Assembly: GCA_030295235.1 (NCBI GenBank)
Contig: AP026145.1
Location: 186,001-250,000, forward strand
DNA length: 64,000 bases
Source: Fistulifera solaris
Lineage: Eukaryota
Direction of reading: 5' to 3'
In this document: positions 13,010 through 25,674 of the stretch, one piece after another
Position numbering within the stretch: the first letter of the stretch is position 1
Layout of the letters: the number at the start of each line of letters is the position of its first letter
Made by a program: the position numbers and the translations under genes
Notes under the pieces: generated by a model
Database searches by the model: none
The model's input: only the letters and a program-made list of their open reading frames with translations
What the model was told of the DNA's origin: nothing

Positions 13010-15383
13010 ATGATTGCGAGAGAGATTGAAGAAAACAGTGTCGCGGCGCCAGATGCCGAGAACGTCGAAGCTCCGCACGGCATTGTCATCGGTGAATGGT
13101 CGTCGGCGTTTACTATAGCTTCCAGTACGAATTCCTCGTGGCCCGTATCCAGCAGTTGTCGCCAAGCTTTGGATCTTTTCCTTCTTTCGAAGGATTATGA
13201 CGCATTGGCGGCCCTATCGATTGCTGTCGAAGCTTCGAGTCACCCTTCGGGCTTGACTTCCTTACAGTCACAACCGTGGGTATACAGTGGCGGGGGATTG
13301 GGAAATGAAGACGAATGCTTGTCGATCCAATTCAATGAACACGATGAAATGCAGTTTCACAGCTGTATTTCGGGGTTGGCGACAAATCGTGCCGCCAGCT
13401 TGCCGTTTGCGAGCCTTTGTATACCGGCGAATTGCACGGCCCTGGATCTAGCCTCGCATCAAATGCTTCCAATATTGCAGCAGTATCTCGCTTACCCTCA
13501 AACGTCCAAGTGGTTACAGGATTCTCAGCAGCTCAGAAATGAATATGTCGCCGTAGTGGAGCGAGTTCATGATATTAATAGTTTTCTGGGGACTGGATGG
13601 GTCTGCGGAGAGTTTAAGATGCCTTGGAATCCTCTCGCTGTTGCACCGTTTGCCTTCTTATGTCTATGTCTATCACTTTGTGTGGCACGGGCGACCTGGA
13701 AGAGGCGCAGTATGAACAAGGAAACATCGGTGTATCGCAATGGTGAGCTAAGCCGTCTCATAGTGAAAACGAACAGCTTTGAGACTGGAAATGAAGAAGT
13801 CGAGAATCATGATACCGAAAATGCTGAAGCTGCTGTGATGCTGACGCAGTATGATTCTACTTCGCGAGAATACGCCAAGCGTACGGCGACGCCTTCAACG
13901 ACGAGTGAATACAGCGTTGAATTTAGCGAACACAATGACAATGAACACATGGAAACAGACGCCTTTTCTCAGACCCGTCATGACTATATTCAATGGCACT
14001 GGACGTGCGCGTTTGATTTGAAAACAAACTTACAGAGACTCGTTTCCGTACGTGACGATCGCACCAATTGTTTGGATGGTCTCCCGAGTCGGTAGTTTAT
14101 TATGGATTTTGCTAGGTCACGTCATGGCCATTGAAAGTAGTACAGGTGCCGGCTACTCCAACCCTGCAGCCTTTTTACCACCCAGCGGCTGGACCACAAC
14201 CATCACCGGGCAGTTACTCTTTAGCTCGCGGATGGCTGTCGACACGTTCTTTTGCATTAGCGGATTTCTCCTCGTCCATAATCTCGATCGGAAAATGAAT
14301 TGGGGCAAGCAAAACTGGGGAACGGTCTTTTGTGGCATATTCCCTATATTTGCTGTTTCACGTGCTGTGCGAATACTACCAATTTACGCGTTCTGCTTAT
14401 GGTTTTACATGTTTATAGCTCCGCTTCTCGGCAGCGGCCCCTTCTGGTATCAGTGGCAAGGACTCTTGATGCCTTGTCAAAATTTCAATTGGGTCCGCAA
14501 TCTGCTCTTTTCGAACAATTTAATTGATGGGCCTATCACGGAAACCTGCTTCTACCACTCTTGGTATCTCGCCGTCGATATGCAGTTGTACGCTTTCTGC
14601 TCGTTCTTATTGCTGGTCACGTACAATTATGATACACATCGATATTACAGATATCGAGCACAAATGATTGCGGCTCTTTTCATGGCATCATTCTGGTGGA
14701 CGGCATATTGCACGTGGACTCGGGGATGGAGTACAAACACTTTCGATGGAGTTGCCGTTGTACGATACGACGTCGAGGGTTATGCAAATCCACTGGTCCG
14801 TGCGCAGTCTTACCTTGCAGGCATGATGGTTGCGTGCTGCGTGACGGGCAATGGCAGCGGGAATCAGATCATGAGCAGGAGTCGTCGGCGGAACATTTCG
14901 CTTCTAATGGCTTTCGCTGTGATGACGTTTGTAGTGTTCATCACTGCTGCCGGAGCATACGCTCAGCGACCCTGTCAGTACAATGAATGGCCCCGCGATG
15001 GACGATGTGGATCGACTTGGTCGCCCTTCGTCACGTTCCTTTACACCGCATTCAGCAGAACAATCTGGAGTATTGGATTGTGTGTTGTCATTTATTCATG
15101 CATCACCGACACCTCTTTACACGATGAAGGCAGTATGACTACTTCATTCTCGTCCTGGAAGGTATGGGCTCTTCTTTCCCATTTATCTTTCGGGGCATAC
15201 TTGATACATCCTATTGTAATATTCATCTGGCAATTAGGGGGGCGACAAAAGGCAATCTTTAGCTTGCTCTCTTTCAGCTTGACTAACTTCAGCATAGCGG
15301 TTGTTAGTTTCGTCGCCTCTCTTATCGTGGCTCTACTTGTCGAATTGCCTGCTGCCCACTTATGGCAAAGGCTGACCTCGTAA
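13010..15383 (+). CDS. NRF-6-like / acyltransferase-3 family membrane O-acyltransferase; apparent frameshift near 14083
   Basis: CLDGLR..SLLWILLGH is restored by removing one C from ctcccga; AVDTFF.ISGFL, CFYHSWYLAVDMQLY, LSFGAYLIH, LVELP motifs. Start uncertain. Confidence 0.88.
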
Positions 15384-15620
15384 TGCAGAACATCATCTAC
15401 AAACAGAATCAAGTTTTGCTCATGATGAGTGCGCTTGTTAATTAAAAGAGTAAAACTGTTTGACTAACTTTAGCATCGCGGTTGTAATCTTCATTGCCTC
15501 TCTTGTGGTGGCCGTGCTTGCCGTCTGCTATTCAAAGGCGAATCTCGTAATGCGCAACACGATCTACAAACAGCTCAAGATTCTTCCATGTGAAGCGTGT
15601 TGATTAATTTGAAAGAGTGA
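15280..15620 (+). repeat. Degenerate tandem duplication (about 180 bp) of the acyltransferase 3' end and 3' UTR
   Basis: 15280 tgactaacttcagcatagcggttgt...ctcgtaatgcagaacatcatctacaaacag versus 15461 tgactaactttagcatcgcggttgt...ctcgtaatgcgcaacacgatctacaaacag. Confidence 0.85.
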
Positions 15621-15684
15621 AGTAGCATCTTTTACTTCAATACAATTACCTAATATTCAGCATTTACTATTTTTACATACGCGA

Positions 15685-16659
15685 TCACGGCTCACAATCG
15701 GGAACAATAGTGCGTTTCCGTTGAAGGATGGGCAACGGTCTCCCTTCTTTCTTAATCGGCAGACTAGCATTCTTTCGGTCGCTAAACGATTCATTGGTTT
15801 GTTTGCGATTGTTCAAAATGATCAATTGGTTGTCAATTGTCTGGATTTCCTGCTTGAGTGTCCGAATGTTGGACTCTAGCTGACGATGCGCTTGTTTGAC
15901 CGATTGTTTGTACGGGGGCGAGATACGGGCAATCTCCGCTAGCAGATTTTGATTTTCAGCACGTATTTTGGCTGCGGTGTCCGTATCTTTCTTGGTATCC
16001 TTTTGGACTCGCTCCATCGCTGCCAAGCATTTCTTGATTCCCGCTTCTAAACGTTTGATTTCTTCCTCTTGCTGTTCGGCTTCTGTCTTTTCCGCCTCAT
16101 CGATACAAATTTTCATCATATGCATACTCAAATCATCCACACGAAGCTGACTAATGCGAGTGGGTGTTACCGTCTTCTTTTCCGTACGAAATTGAATTCT
16201 CCGTTCCTTGGGTCTCATTTGTGCGATACCCAACTTGTGTTCTTGAATCTGTTTTAGTGTTTCCGGTCCAATCCGCTCTTCTTTCTCTAGTTTCGCACTA
16301 TCATTCAGTGACCTTTCGGAAAGTGCTCCCTTGATGGATTCCAGCATTTTCTTGCGCGTTTTCGGTGTCGTCGATTGCAAAAATCTCCGCGGGCCATCGG
16401 AGCGTCCCGTCGGAGAGCGCAACGACCCGAAGGAAAGCGATTGAAAGGAACCATCATTATTACTACTACTCATGTTGTATTGCCGTACTCGCTTGTGTCC
16501 TCGCGAATGGCGAACATTGCATCGGGTAGGACTATCCTTTTTGGGCGACTGCAGATGCGACAAACTCAATGTGCTCGTCGATTCACCGAACACGGCTTCA
16601 CTCGATGCCACCGATAACATGGATGTGTCGACTAATTTGCTTCTGTGACGATCTAGCAT
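15685..16659 (-). CDS. Hypothetical coiled-coil protein
   Basis: 324-aa ATG ORF with Ser-rich N-terminus and heptad-rich C-terminal half. Confidence 0.65.
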   Translation of the reverse strand: MLDRHRSKLVDTSMLSVASSEAVFGESTSTLSLSHLQSPKKDSPTRCNVRHSRGHKRVRQYNMSSSNNDGSFQSLSFGSLRSPTGRSDGPRRFLQSTTPKTRKKMLESIKGALSERSLNDSAKLEKEERIGPETLKQIQEHKLGIAQMRPKERRIQFRTEKKTVTPTRISQLRVDDLSMHMMKICIDEAEKTEAEQQEEEIKRLEAGIKKCLAAMERVQKDTKKDTDTAAKIRAENQNLLAEIARISPPYKQSVKQAHRQLESNIRTLKQEIQTIDNQLIILNNRKQTNESFSDRKNASLPIKKEGRPLPILQRKRTIVPDCEP

Positions 16660-17263
16660 GATTGTGAAAGAAAACTATCGGCATTCGGGTATTGGATAAC
16701 CGATTCTAGTTTATCCAAAGTTGTTTATTCTGCTTCATATAGATGATGTTGCAAATGCGGGTCTACGAGCTCATTCGAGCGAAAGACCGTTCGGCAAACG
16801 AAGAGGAGGGAGTTTTTCGACTCTTTGGGTGAAAGATAAGCCCCAAGATCCCAAGATTGACAGTCTTACTGGACACGGGAACCGTCCTACTTCTTTGGTT
16901 ATAGTATCGAAACGCGAGCATCTGAAATTGGATGCATACGCTCAGTAGTATGGTGTCTTTTCTTCATCGATAATAAAACTGCAGACGGGATTCAGTTTCT
17001 ACTATTCAGAATACTGTCTCGAATGTGAGCAGAAAAGTAGTCCTTTTCCGTTGAAATTGGCGAGCGATCCGGAGTGCGGAGTGTGTCTTTCCGCGCCGCA
17101 AGGCCGCCAAACCTCGCGCCAAACGGAACAAGATTTTTCTGTTCCGTGTGTCTCCGATTTATTGATCTTGACGACATCTCTCGCCTCGAAATCACTATAC
17201 GTCGTCGGCACTCCTTGGATCAACTGTTTTCATTCTCAATCAATCGCTGAAGGAGAATAGACA

Positions 17264-18469
17264 ATGGGATGCGGAGGTTCCAAAGAAACGGGGGCGGTTG
17301 CTCCCAGTAAAGAGCGCTCACTCCTCCGGAGGTAAGTAAACAACGATAGATACCCTCGATGACAGAATATCATCCTCCTGAAATTATTCTTCTTATCATG
17401 TTTCTAATCACATCTTTCCCGTTTCAGTCAAAAGATCAAGCTGCAGGTACTAATTTTGGTAAACAATATCGTCTGGGCAAAGAGGTATGTTTTAGTTAGA
17501 TCGAGCGTCTCGGTATCCTTTTGCAACACAATCATCCTGACACAACAATAGCTGGGCTCCGGAGCCTTTTCGACAGTCAAAGAAGGATTCCATAAAGAAA
17601 CAAAGGAAGCATATGCAGTGAAAATTGTCACAAAGTCCAAATTGACCTATGAGGATGAAGCCGCCCTCAAAGATGAAATTTCCGTGCTCAAGGAACTCAA
17701 TCATCCCAACATTATTCGGCTGTACGATGTCTTTGAGGAGAAGGATTACTACTTTTTAGTGACAGAGAAAATGATGGGAGGAGAGCTCTTTGATCGAATC
17801 GTGCAGAAATCGTATTACAATGAAAAAGAAGCTCGTGATACGGCTCTTGTTCTCTTTCAGGCGATCAGCTTTTGTCATCAAAAGAAAATAGCACACCGCG
17901 ACCTGAAACCGGAGAACCTTTTGCTGACCTCTACCGACAGTGATTCGAATATTAAGATTGCCGATTTTGGTTTTTGCAAAAAGTGTCCCAAGCCCAATAG
18001 CTTGACGACACAATGCGGAACGCCCGGATACGTCGCTCCGGAAATTTTGGAAGGCACTCCGTACGATATGCAAGCAGATATGTGGAGTTTGGGTGTCATA
18101 GTGTACATCATTCTGGGTGGCTACCCGCCATTCATGGAGCAGAATCAAAGGGAGCTTTTCCGTAAGATCCGCAAAGGGCAATATCAATTCCATGTCGAGT
18201 ATTGGGGACAAGTATCGGAAGATGCCAAAGATTTGATTCGATCTCTTCTCGTCGTGAAACCCAGCGCGCGATATACCGCCACACATGCACTCAGCAACAA
18301 ATGGATCACTGGCGATGCCAACTCGTTGAAAGAGCATGATCTTGCTGATAATCTCAAGAAGTTGAAGGCGTTCAACGCCAAACGCAAAATGAAGGCAGCT
18401 GTCAAAGCAGTAATGGCGACGCAGAAGCTGAACTCGTTGGGTGTGAACTTGAAGGAGATATTGGATTAA
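17264..18469 (+). CDS. CaMK-family Ser/Thr kinase with N-terminal MGC acylation motif (introns 17332-17427 and 17485-17551)
   Basis: LGSGAFSTV, YAVK, HRDLKPEN, DFG, CGTPGYVAPE, CaM-binding-like FNAKRKMKAAV; exon 1 MGCGGSK needs one extra base to be in phase with exon 2. Confidence 0.92.
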
Positions 18470-18626
18470 AAGTCTGTTTCATGTTGCCCAGGCTAAATGT
18501 AAATTGATTCGATTTTTATTATCGTTCATTCTTATCAACAATACGCGTCCGCTGGACGCCAATTTTAAAGAGGAGTATAGACAAAACAACGGTACCGTAG
18601 ACAGATTAATAATTAACATTATTACT

Positions 18627-18989
18627 TTATTTCATGTCTGCTTCATGATCTCGAATGAATTTGATGTAACTGCTTAAATCATTCAATTGCTTGACAGATC
18701 TGGCATGCTCCTTTCTGGAGTTGATTCGACGCTTTTGTTCGGTTGGTTTGATGTGCTCCTCTTGTGCAACGTGGCGTTTGTGAAGGGAGACTTTTTGATA
18801 GGTTTCGGGCTCACGAAATTGATGAATGAGCGTATCCCAATCTTCGTATTTGAATTCCTTCTTCTCCTTATCATATTTCTTTCCCAACACCATTTGCCAA
18901 TTGTGACGCACTGCCGCAATCGGTGACATTACTGTCCGCGAGAAAGACGCCCTTCCGCTGTATTTGGTAACTAATGCAGCTCTCATCAT
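18627..18989 (-). CDS. Small basic protein, possibly mitochondrial ribosomal protein bS21m-like
   Basis: Arg/Ser-rich presequence-like N-terminus; EEHIKPTEQKRR resembles the S21 (Y/F)EKP..+RR motif. Confidence 0.45.
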   Translation of the reverse strand: MMRAALVTKYSGRASFSRTVMSPIAAVRHNWQMVLGKKYDKEKKEFKYEDWDTLIHQFREPETYQKVSLHKRHVAQEEHIKPTEQKRRINSRKEHARSVKQLNDLSSYIKFIRDHEADMK

Positions 18990-19159
18990 AAAAATTTCCT
19001 GAATAAAAGTATGTCAACCGTTTGAAATGGGTTTTGGTTAAAGGTTGAAGGCAGTGAAGCGCTGCGTTGATAGTCTAGGCCGAGGCGAGGCTGTGTGTCC
19101 GTGCGTCTGTGTGCAGCCGAGGAGTCCTGACCTTCATGTTTTTACTACAGTACCCTGGT

Positions 19160-20420
19160 ATGACCCAAACAGATGGTTGTACGTCCCAATCCACGACCGG
19201 ATGTTAGTCATGAGACAGCATCGATCCCTTTGTTAAATGCAGCCTGCAGCGCGAATTTTTTGTCTTTTTCGCGTTTTATTGTGGTCTCATTACAATGATA
19301 GATCCAAAGCTAATTATGCTCTCACATTGGAATTTCGCGCAATTGCGATTTCAGCCGGCAATGTCTTCGAATCCGCACCTTCGTGATTTTACTATGATCC
19401 AAACAGTTGGTTGTACGTACCAATCCACGACTGGATGTTAGTCATGAGACTGCATCGATCCCTTTGTTAAATGCAGCCTGCAGCGCGAATTTTTTGTCTT
19501 TTTCGCGTTTTATTGTGGTCTCATTACAATGATAGATCCAAAGCTAATTATGCTCTCACATTGGAATTTCGCGCAATTGCGATTTCAGCCGGCAATGTCT
19601 TCGAATCCTCACCTTCGTGATTTTACTATCATCCAAACAGTTGGTTGTACGTACCAATCCACGACCGGATTTCAGTCATGAGAGTGCATCGATCCCTTTG
19701 TAAATGCAGCCTGCAGCGCGAATTTTTTGTCTTTTTCGCGCTTGATTAAAGTCTGATTACAATTATAGATCCAAAGCTAATTATGCTCTCACATTGGAAT
19801 TTCGCGAAATTGCGATTTTAGCCGGCAATGTCTTCGAATCCGCACCTTCGTGATTTTACTATGATCCAAACAGTTGGTTGTACGTACCAATCCACGACTG
19901 GATGTTAGTCATGAGACTGCATCGATCCCTTTGTAAATGCAGCCTGCAGCGCGAATTTTTTGTCTTTTTCGCGCTTGATTAAAGTCTGATTACAATTATA
20001 GATCCAAAGCTAATTATGCTCTCACATTGGAATTTCGCGAAATTGCGATTTTAGCCGGCAATGTCTTCGAATCCTCACCTTCGTGATTTTACTATCATCC
20101 AAACAGTTGGTTGTACGTACCAATCCACGACCGGATTTCAGTCATGAGAGTGCATCGATCCCTTTGTAAATGCAGCCTGCAGCGCGAATTTTTGTCTTTT
20201 TCGCGCTTGATTAAAGTCTGATTACAATTATAGATCCAAAGCTAATTATGCTCTCACATTGGAATTTCGCGAAATTGCGATTTTAGCCGGCAATGTCTTC
20301 GAATCCGCACCTTCGTGATTTTACTATGATCCAAACAGTTCGTTGTACGTACCAATCCACGACCGGATGTTAGTCATGAGACTGCATCGATCCCTTTGTT
20401 AAATGCAGCCTGCAGCGCGC
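19160..20420. repeat. Tandem satellite, unit about 233 bp, about 5.4 copies, alternating A/B variants
   Basis: Unit anchor at(g/c)atccaaacag at 19160, 19394, 19628, 19861, 20094 and 20326. Confidence 0.97.
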
Positions 20421-20529
20421 GAAAAAAGCTCCCCGCAGGGCTAGCCTACCACAGGTGGCCGAAGAGCAATAAAAGGCGGCTGGTAAAGGATAATCACAAT
20501 CCATTCGAAATCAAAACGGAGAAAAGAGC

Positions 20530-20830
20530 AAAGATACAACGCTTCGAATCTCTACGTCCACATCGCGTAGGTCTCGTAGGAATTTTATCGATGCAGGTAA
20601 CACACAGATCTTGTCGAATATCCGGCCTCATCCATTCTCGGGTGCGACAGCGACATATTTGATCGCAGCATTCATCAACATACATTGTTAGAGCCCATCA
20701 ACATGAATTGACATGATTTGGAACACCGAATGTGAAAGAGACTCCAGATACAATGTTGCGAATGTCTACGAGTATTTCACGTAGGCCCGGTAGGGAAATT
20801 TATCGACAGAGGGGTACCCGGATAAAAAAA
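20530..20830 (+). repeat. Two degenerate monomers of the 213-bp satellite
   Basis: gaat(c/g)tctacg...cgtag...tttatcga at 20546 and 20760 (214 apart); gtagggaaatttatcgacagagggg.acccggat matches the array at 24055-25441. Confidence 0.8.
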
Positions 20831-20939
20831 CGTTTGCTTCGAGAAAAAATAATGTTGCGGCTTTTTCTTTTTGGTGCGATACATCGAAGCGAAAGAGGGG
20901 AATGAATAATTGATTGGATAACAATACTTCACATGCACT

Positions 20940-21980
20940 ATGACCGCTGCTGAAGAAACTCGATCGAGTGAGCGTTTTCAAATCGAACAGGATGAACCAT
21001 CCTTCAATGACACGAGCCGATGGGTGCAGCTACGGTACCTCGGACTCTCCTTGGTCGTATTGGCTTTGACAATCACGTGCCCTGGCGACACAGTGCTCAT
21101 GAATCAGCCCTATCGGCTATGGATATTACTTGTATTGTATGTTGGGACACTGGTGAGCTTTCGATTGTTGCACGGGAGTGATCCTGGTTATTTATCAGCG
21201 GAGATCATGATCGGGCTTGACGACAATGACGACGAAGCGATCTCCTTAATGGAGATGGAAAGATTGCCGGAGTTTGATCAGGTCCATCAACAAAACTCAA
21301 ACGCAAATAGTTTAAGGAGAACAAGTCACAATAACGACGACGATGATGATTCGTATTATAAGGGAACCAGGCGGAAAGTATGTCCCATTTGTCACTTTGC
21401 TCCGCCCTTACGAGCCCACCACTGCAAAAAATGCAACCGATGCGTCGCAACATTCGATCATCACTGCGAGTTTGTCGGAACCTGTATCGGTGAGAGGAAT
21501 CATTGTCGTTTTTGGTGGTTTTTGATGTTACAGACAACTACATTTCATCTCTGCTGCAATATTGTCGGATCGTCACGCTGGGGAGTTTCGTCTCTCTTAT
21601 GGAGTACCCCGCACGGTAGCAACATGGATATTGCTCGAGTTGCAGCGGCAAAATTCTATATCTATCCTTTATTTCTGGTCTCGCTCATTCTCCTGGCCAT
21701 TCACAGTCTGTTCGGCTTGACCAATTCGACTACCTTCGAGTGCACCAAATCGGAACGCTTGGAATATCTCAAAGGTGCGAATCAGTCACTGATGGACCTT
21801 CCGTTTAGCGGTAGATCGGTAGGTGCGAATCTGCAAACATTCTGCTGTCTGCGGGATGATGGCGTTACGAGAAAAGATAATTGGAAGCCGATTCTCTGGA
21901 AGCCACCCGGGAAGATTGTACGTGATAGCGAAGACTGGTGGAATCATCCGCTGCAAAACAAATATTGGAGTTGTTGTTAA
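20940..21980 (+). CDS. DHHC palmitoyltransferase
   Basis: DPG motif, C..C...[35 protein letters not shown] motif, TM segments. Confidence 0.95.
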   Translation: MTAAEETRSSERFQIEQDEPSFNDTSRWVQLRYLGLSLVVLALTITCPGDTVLMNQPYRLWILLVLYVGTLVSFRLLHGSDPGYLSAEIMIGLDDNDDEAISLMEMERLPEFDQVHQQNSNANSLRRTSHNNDDDDDSYYKGTRRKVCPICHFAPPLRAHHCKKCNRCVATFDHHCEFVGTCIGERNHCRFWWFLMLQTTTFHLCCNIVGSSRWGVSSLLWSTPHGSNMDIARVAAAKFYIYPLFLVSLILLAIHSLFGLTNSTTFECTKSERLEYLKGANQSLMDLPFSGRSVGANLQTFCCLRDDGVTRKDNWKPILWKPPGKIVRDSEDWWNHPLQNKYWSCC

Positions 21981-22092
21981 GACAAAGCCTTGCGCTTGTA
22001 ATTGGCTTTGCTGAATTGCGTACCCCTGCATTAGGTCTCCCTCCAGCGGCTGCTGACATGTCAACGTTTGGTGACTACCCGCCTTTTGGGTG

Positions 22093-23849
22093 TTAAAGCT
22101 TGCTCCGAATAGGAACCGGTTGTGCCGAGAATCTGGTGCGGTCGTCGCTGGTGGAAAAGTACGAGGAGTCGACTTGGCAATGGTTGGGTCGGAGCCGAGG
22201 AAAGGCGTCGAATGCAGCGCCTATGAAATCAGTCGTTGCTTCATCCGCCCAACTCGAGCTTTGACCAGGAAGTATTGCTTGTTGCCATCCAAGATGGCCT
22301 CCGCACTTTGTTTCCATGACTAAAACATTGGGATTGGAAATACTGTAAACTAACTTTGATTTGAAAGTATTGTAGACCAAAAAATCATCTTCCGCGACCA
22401 GCTGTAGAAATGGAACCGATATAAAGCGCGCCAAACGGAACGAGCTCGCGTCGTTCCTTAATGATTTGGCATCTTTCGTCAACTCAAATGTGAGCAGACA
22501 AAATGATGGTGAAATGACATGAACGATACGAAAAATCATACCTTTATACCCCACGCGAAAAGCAAATGGGTACACTGGGTCGTTTCGCGCCATTACGGGA
22601 GCCACTGTGTAGAAAAATGTTGAGTGGGCGGATACCGACTGTTTACTTTCTTAAAGAGCCAATACTTACTAGCCTCGTCGAATTCGAGTAAAGTCAGTGC
22701 TCTCATTGCACGACGAACACAACTTTTGAAATAGGGCTCGTTGTTTTGGCAAAGAGACGCCCAGTTTTCCAGCAGGACTTTCTTTTGTCCAAGGGCCAAA
22801 ACGGGCGACATGATAAAGTCCGTATTCGCTGTTTGCATCCACATTGGGTTCCCCAGCGCTGCTCCGCCAGCCACACAGCTCGGCAGCGTTCCACAGAGAC
22901 CTTCCTCTCCTAGATATTTACACACAAGGTTGGCGCTCAAGGAATTCCCTACCAGAAACATAGGCGTATTTGGTGCGAGCCGAGCTGATAATCGTTGGAC
23001 AACACAACGAAGATCCGCTGTAAAGGCGCCGCTGTAAGTTCGAGGAGTGGTGAGAGCGACGCCTCCACACCCACGCATGTTGACACCCGCAGCGATCCAG
23101 CCTCGTTTGCAACACGCTCGTTTCATAGAGCGAACATATCCATAATTGGAGTGATTGTTCATGCCGTGCATTACCAAAACAATCGGTTGCGAAATAGGTC
23201 CGTGCCGAATAGTGTTGATCCAGTATTCTGTATCACCGCGATCAACAGTTTCTTTCACCGGCAATTCCCAGTCAATTGCCACAGTTGCGCCATCCATAGT
23301 CATTTGCACAATTTCTCGAAATTCAACATACTCGGTGGTCGGACCCGGAAATAAATAGGAAGCTGTACTGGCTACTGCTGCTCGTGTCCCTATGAATAAT
23401 TTGGGTCGAAAGGGTTTGTGTAAAAGAGAATCGTGTGATGACGCCATTTGATGGTAAATGTCGTTCATGGGTCCATCGGCAATTTGGCCGTAAACTCGGG
23501 GTGCGCGAGAAAGTTGCGTCTGCAAATGGACTTCATAACCCAGCAGGATCGCTCCCAAACTGGATAGAAGAGCAGTCCATCCATTCTTTGTTTGTGGTAA
23601 GTTTTCTTGTAATAGGGAAGACGTGCGATGTACGATAGTTTCAAGCTTTTGCGAACGGCACGTTGTCGTCGTCGGCTGAATCATCCTCTCCTCCTCGTTC
23701 TCCTCGCCATCGCTGCTACTTTTACTTAAGGTGCCTTTGTCTCCACTGCGAGGCATCTTAACTTTCTTCCAGGAGCATTCGTCCGAAACATCCATGATTT
23801 TTACGATTACAAAAGCCAAGAATAGGAGAAGAGAACATAATCGGCTCAT
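22093..23849 (-). CDS. ABHD1/3 (YheT/Eeb1)-like alpha/beta hydrolase (introns 22605-22669 and about 22472-22540)
   Basis: DGATVAIDW, HGMNNHS, NMRGCGG, VGNSLSAN (nucleophile), VPFLQLVAEDD, GGHLGW; GT-AG introns. Confidence 0.88.
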
Positions 23850-24054
23850 TTTTTTGTTTTCACGTTGATAATAATTAGGAATAAGGTTACTCGTCCGGAT
23901 TATAAAAAAATAAGGATAGATCAGAGAAGACCCGGATATTGTGTATTCCCGATCACGATCACACCTGTATTCGCGCATTTCGGAACCCGATGTCGATGAC
24001 ACCGTTACTTTGTCCAACATCGCTAATGCAGACCATGAAACAATAATCGACATT

Positions 24055-25441
24055 GGAACAAGAGCAAAACTTTGATGGAACGAATCATGCAACGCTTCGA
24101 ATGTCTACGTATTTTTACGTAGCTCTCGTAGGGAAATTTATCGACAGAGGGAAAACCCGGATATTGTGTAATTTCGATCAAACCACTTTCCGCGTCGTTT
24201 GGACACCAATGTCAACAATGCTTTGCCCAACATCACAAACGCGAGACAAGGAACAGTAATCGACTTTGCTTTGACAGAAAAACGCGAAGCAGTAGGAAAA
24301 TACAACGCTCCCAATGTCTACGCGCATTTGTACGTAGCCGCCGTAGGAAATTTATCTCTGCAGGGGTACCCGGATATTACACTTTCTACCAACATCAAAT
24401 TCTGGGCTTTTCCAGTGCACAGATGTCAACGTTGGGTTGCGCACCGTATTGTCTTCGTATCGCTGGGCAATCTTCGACTTTGAAACAAGAGCAAAACTTT
24501 GATGGAACGAATCATGCAACGCTTCGAATGTCTACGTATTTTTACGTAGCTCTCGTAGGGAAATTTATCGACAGAGGGAAAACCCGGATATTGTGTAATT
24601 TCGATCAAACCACTTTCCGCGTCGTTTGGGCACCAATGTCAGCAATGCTTTGCCCAACATCACGGACGCGAGACAAGGAACAGTAATCGACTTTGCTTTG
24701 ACAGAAAAACGCGAAACAGTAGGAAAATACAACGCTCCCAATGTCTACGCGCATTGTACGTAGCCGCCGTAGGAAATTTATCTCTGCAGGGGTACCCGGA
24801 TATTACACTTTCTACCAACATCAAATTCTGGGCTTTTCCAGTGCACAGATGTCAACGTTGGGTTGCGCACCGTATTGGCTTCGTATCGCTGGGCAATCTT
24901 CGACTTTGAAACAAGAGCAAAACTTTGATGGAACGAATCATGCAACGCTTCGAATGTCTACGTATTTTTACGTAGCTCTCGTAGGGAAATTTATCGACAG
25001 AGGGAAAACCCGGATATTGTGTAATTTCGATCAAACCACTTTCCGCGTCGTTTGGACACCAATGTCAACAATGCTTTGCCCAACATCACGGACGCGAGAC
25101 AAGGAACAGTAATCGACTTTGCTTTGACAGAAAAACGCGAAGCAGTAGGAAAATACAACGCTCCCAATGTCTACGCGCATTGTACGTAGCCGCCGTAGGA
25201 AATTTATCTCTGCAGGGGTACCCGGATATTACACTTTTTACCAACATCAAATTCTGGGCTTTTCCAGTGCACAGATGTCAACGTTGGGTTGCGCACCGTA
25301 TTGTCTTCGTATCGCTGGGCAATCTTCGACTTTGAAACAAGAGCAAAACTTTGATGGAACGAATCATGCAACGCTTCGAATGTCTACGTATTTTTACGTA
25401 GCTCTCGTAGGGAAATTTATCGACAGAGGGGAAACCCGGAT
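24055..25441. repeat. Tandem satellite, 426-427 bp unit (dimer of two ~213 bp monomers), about 3.25 copies
   Basis: gaacaagagcaaaactttgatgg recurs every 426-427 bp; aatgtctacg...tacgtag...cgtag(g)gaaatttatc...acccggatatt recurs every 213-214 bp; degenerate flanking monomers near 23930 and 25525. Confidence 0.97.
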
Positions 25442-25674
25442 GTGGAGTTGCTTTTTCTAGTCAGTCTACTAGTACATGAATACTGGTAATACATCACAAC
25501 GGGTAAAGAACGAAAGATGCGATGCTTTGAACGTCTACGGAGTACCAGGTATCAAGTAGCTCACAAGTAGGAAAATTTTTATCCTTGTATGGCATCATTG
25601 CCATCCCCAGCATGTATTAACGGTACCAAGAACGGAGCTTTGTACATTTTGAAAAATAAGTAGTCGCACTAACT

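Noticed and set aside
19160..20420. CRISPR array
   Set aside because: Whole 233-bp units repeat with no unique spacers, there are no cas genes and the context is eukaryotic.
24053..25460. Repeated short ORFs (MSTYFYVALVGKF...)
   Set aside because: Frames differ between copies, there is no domain, and the ORFs follow from the satellite sequence.
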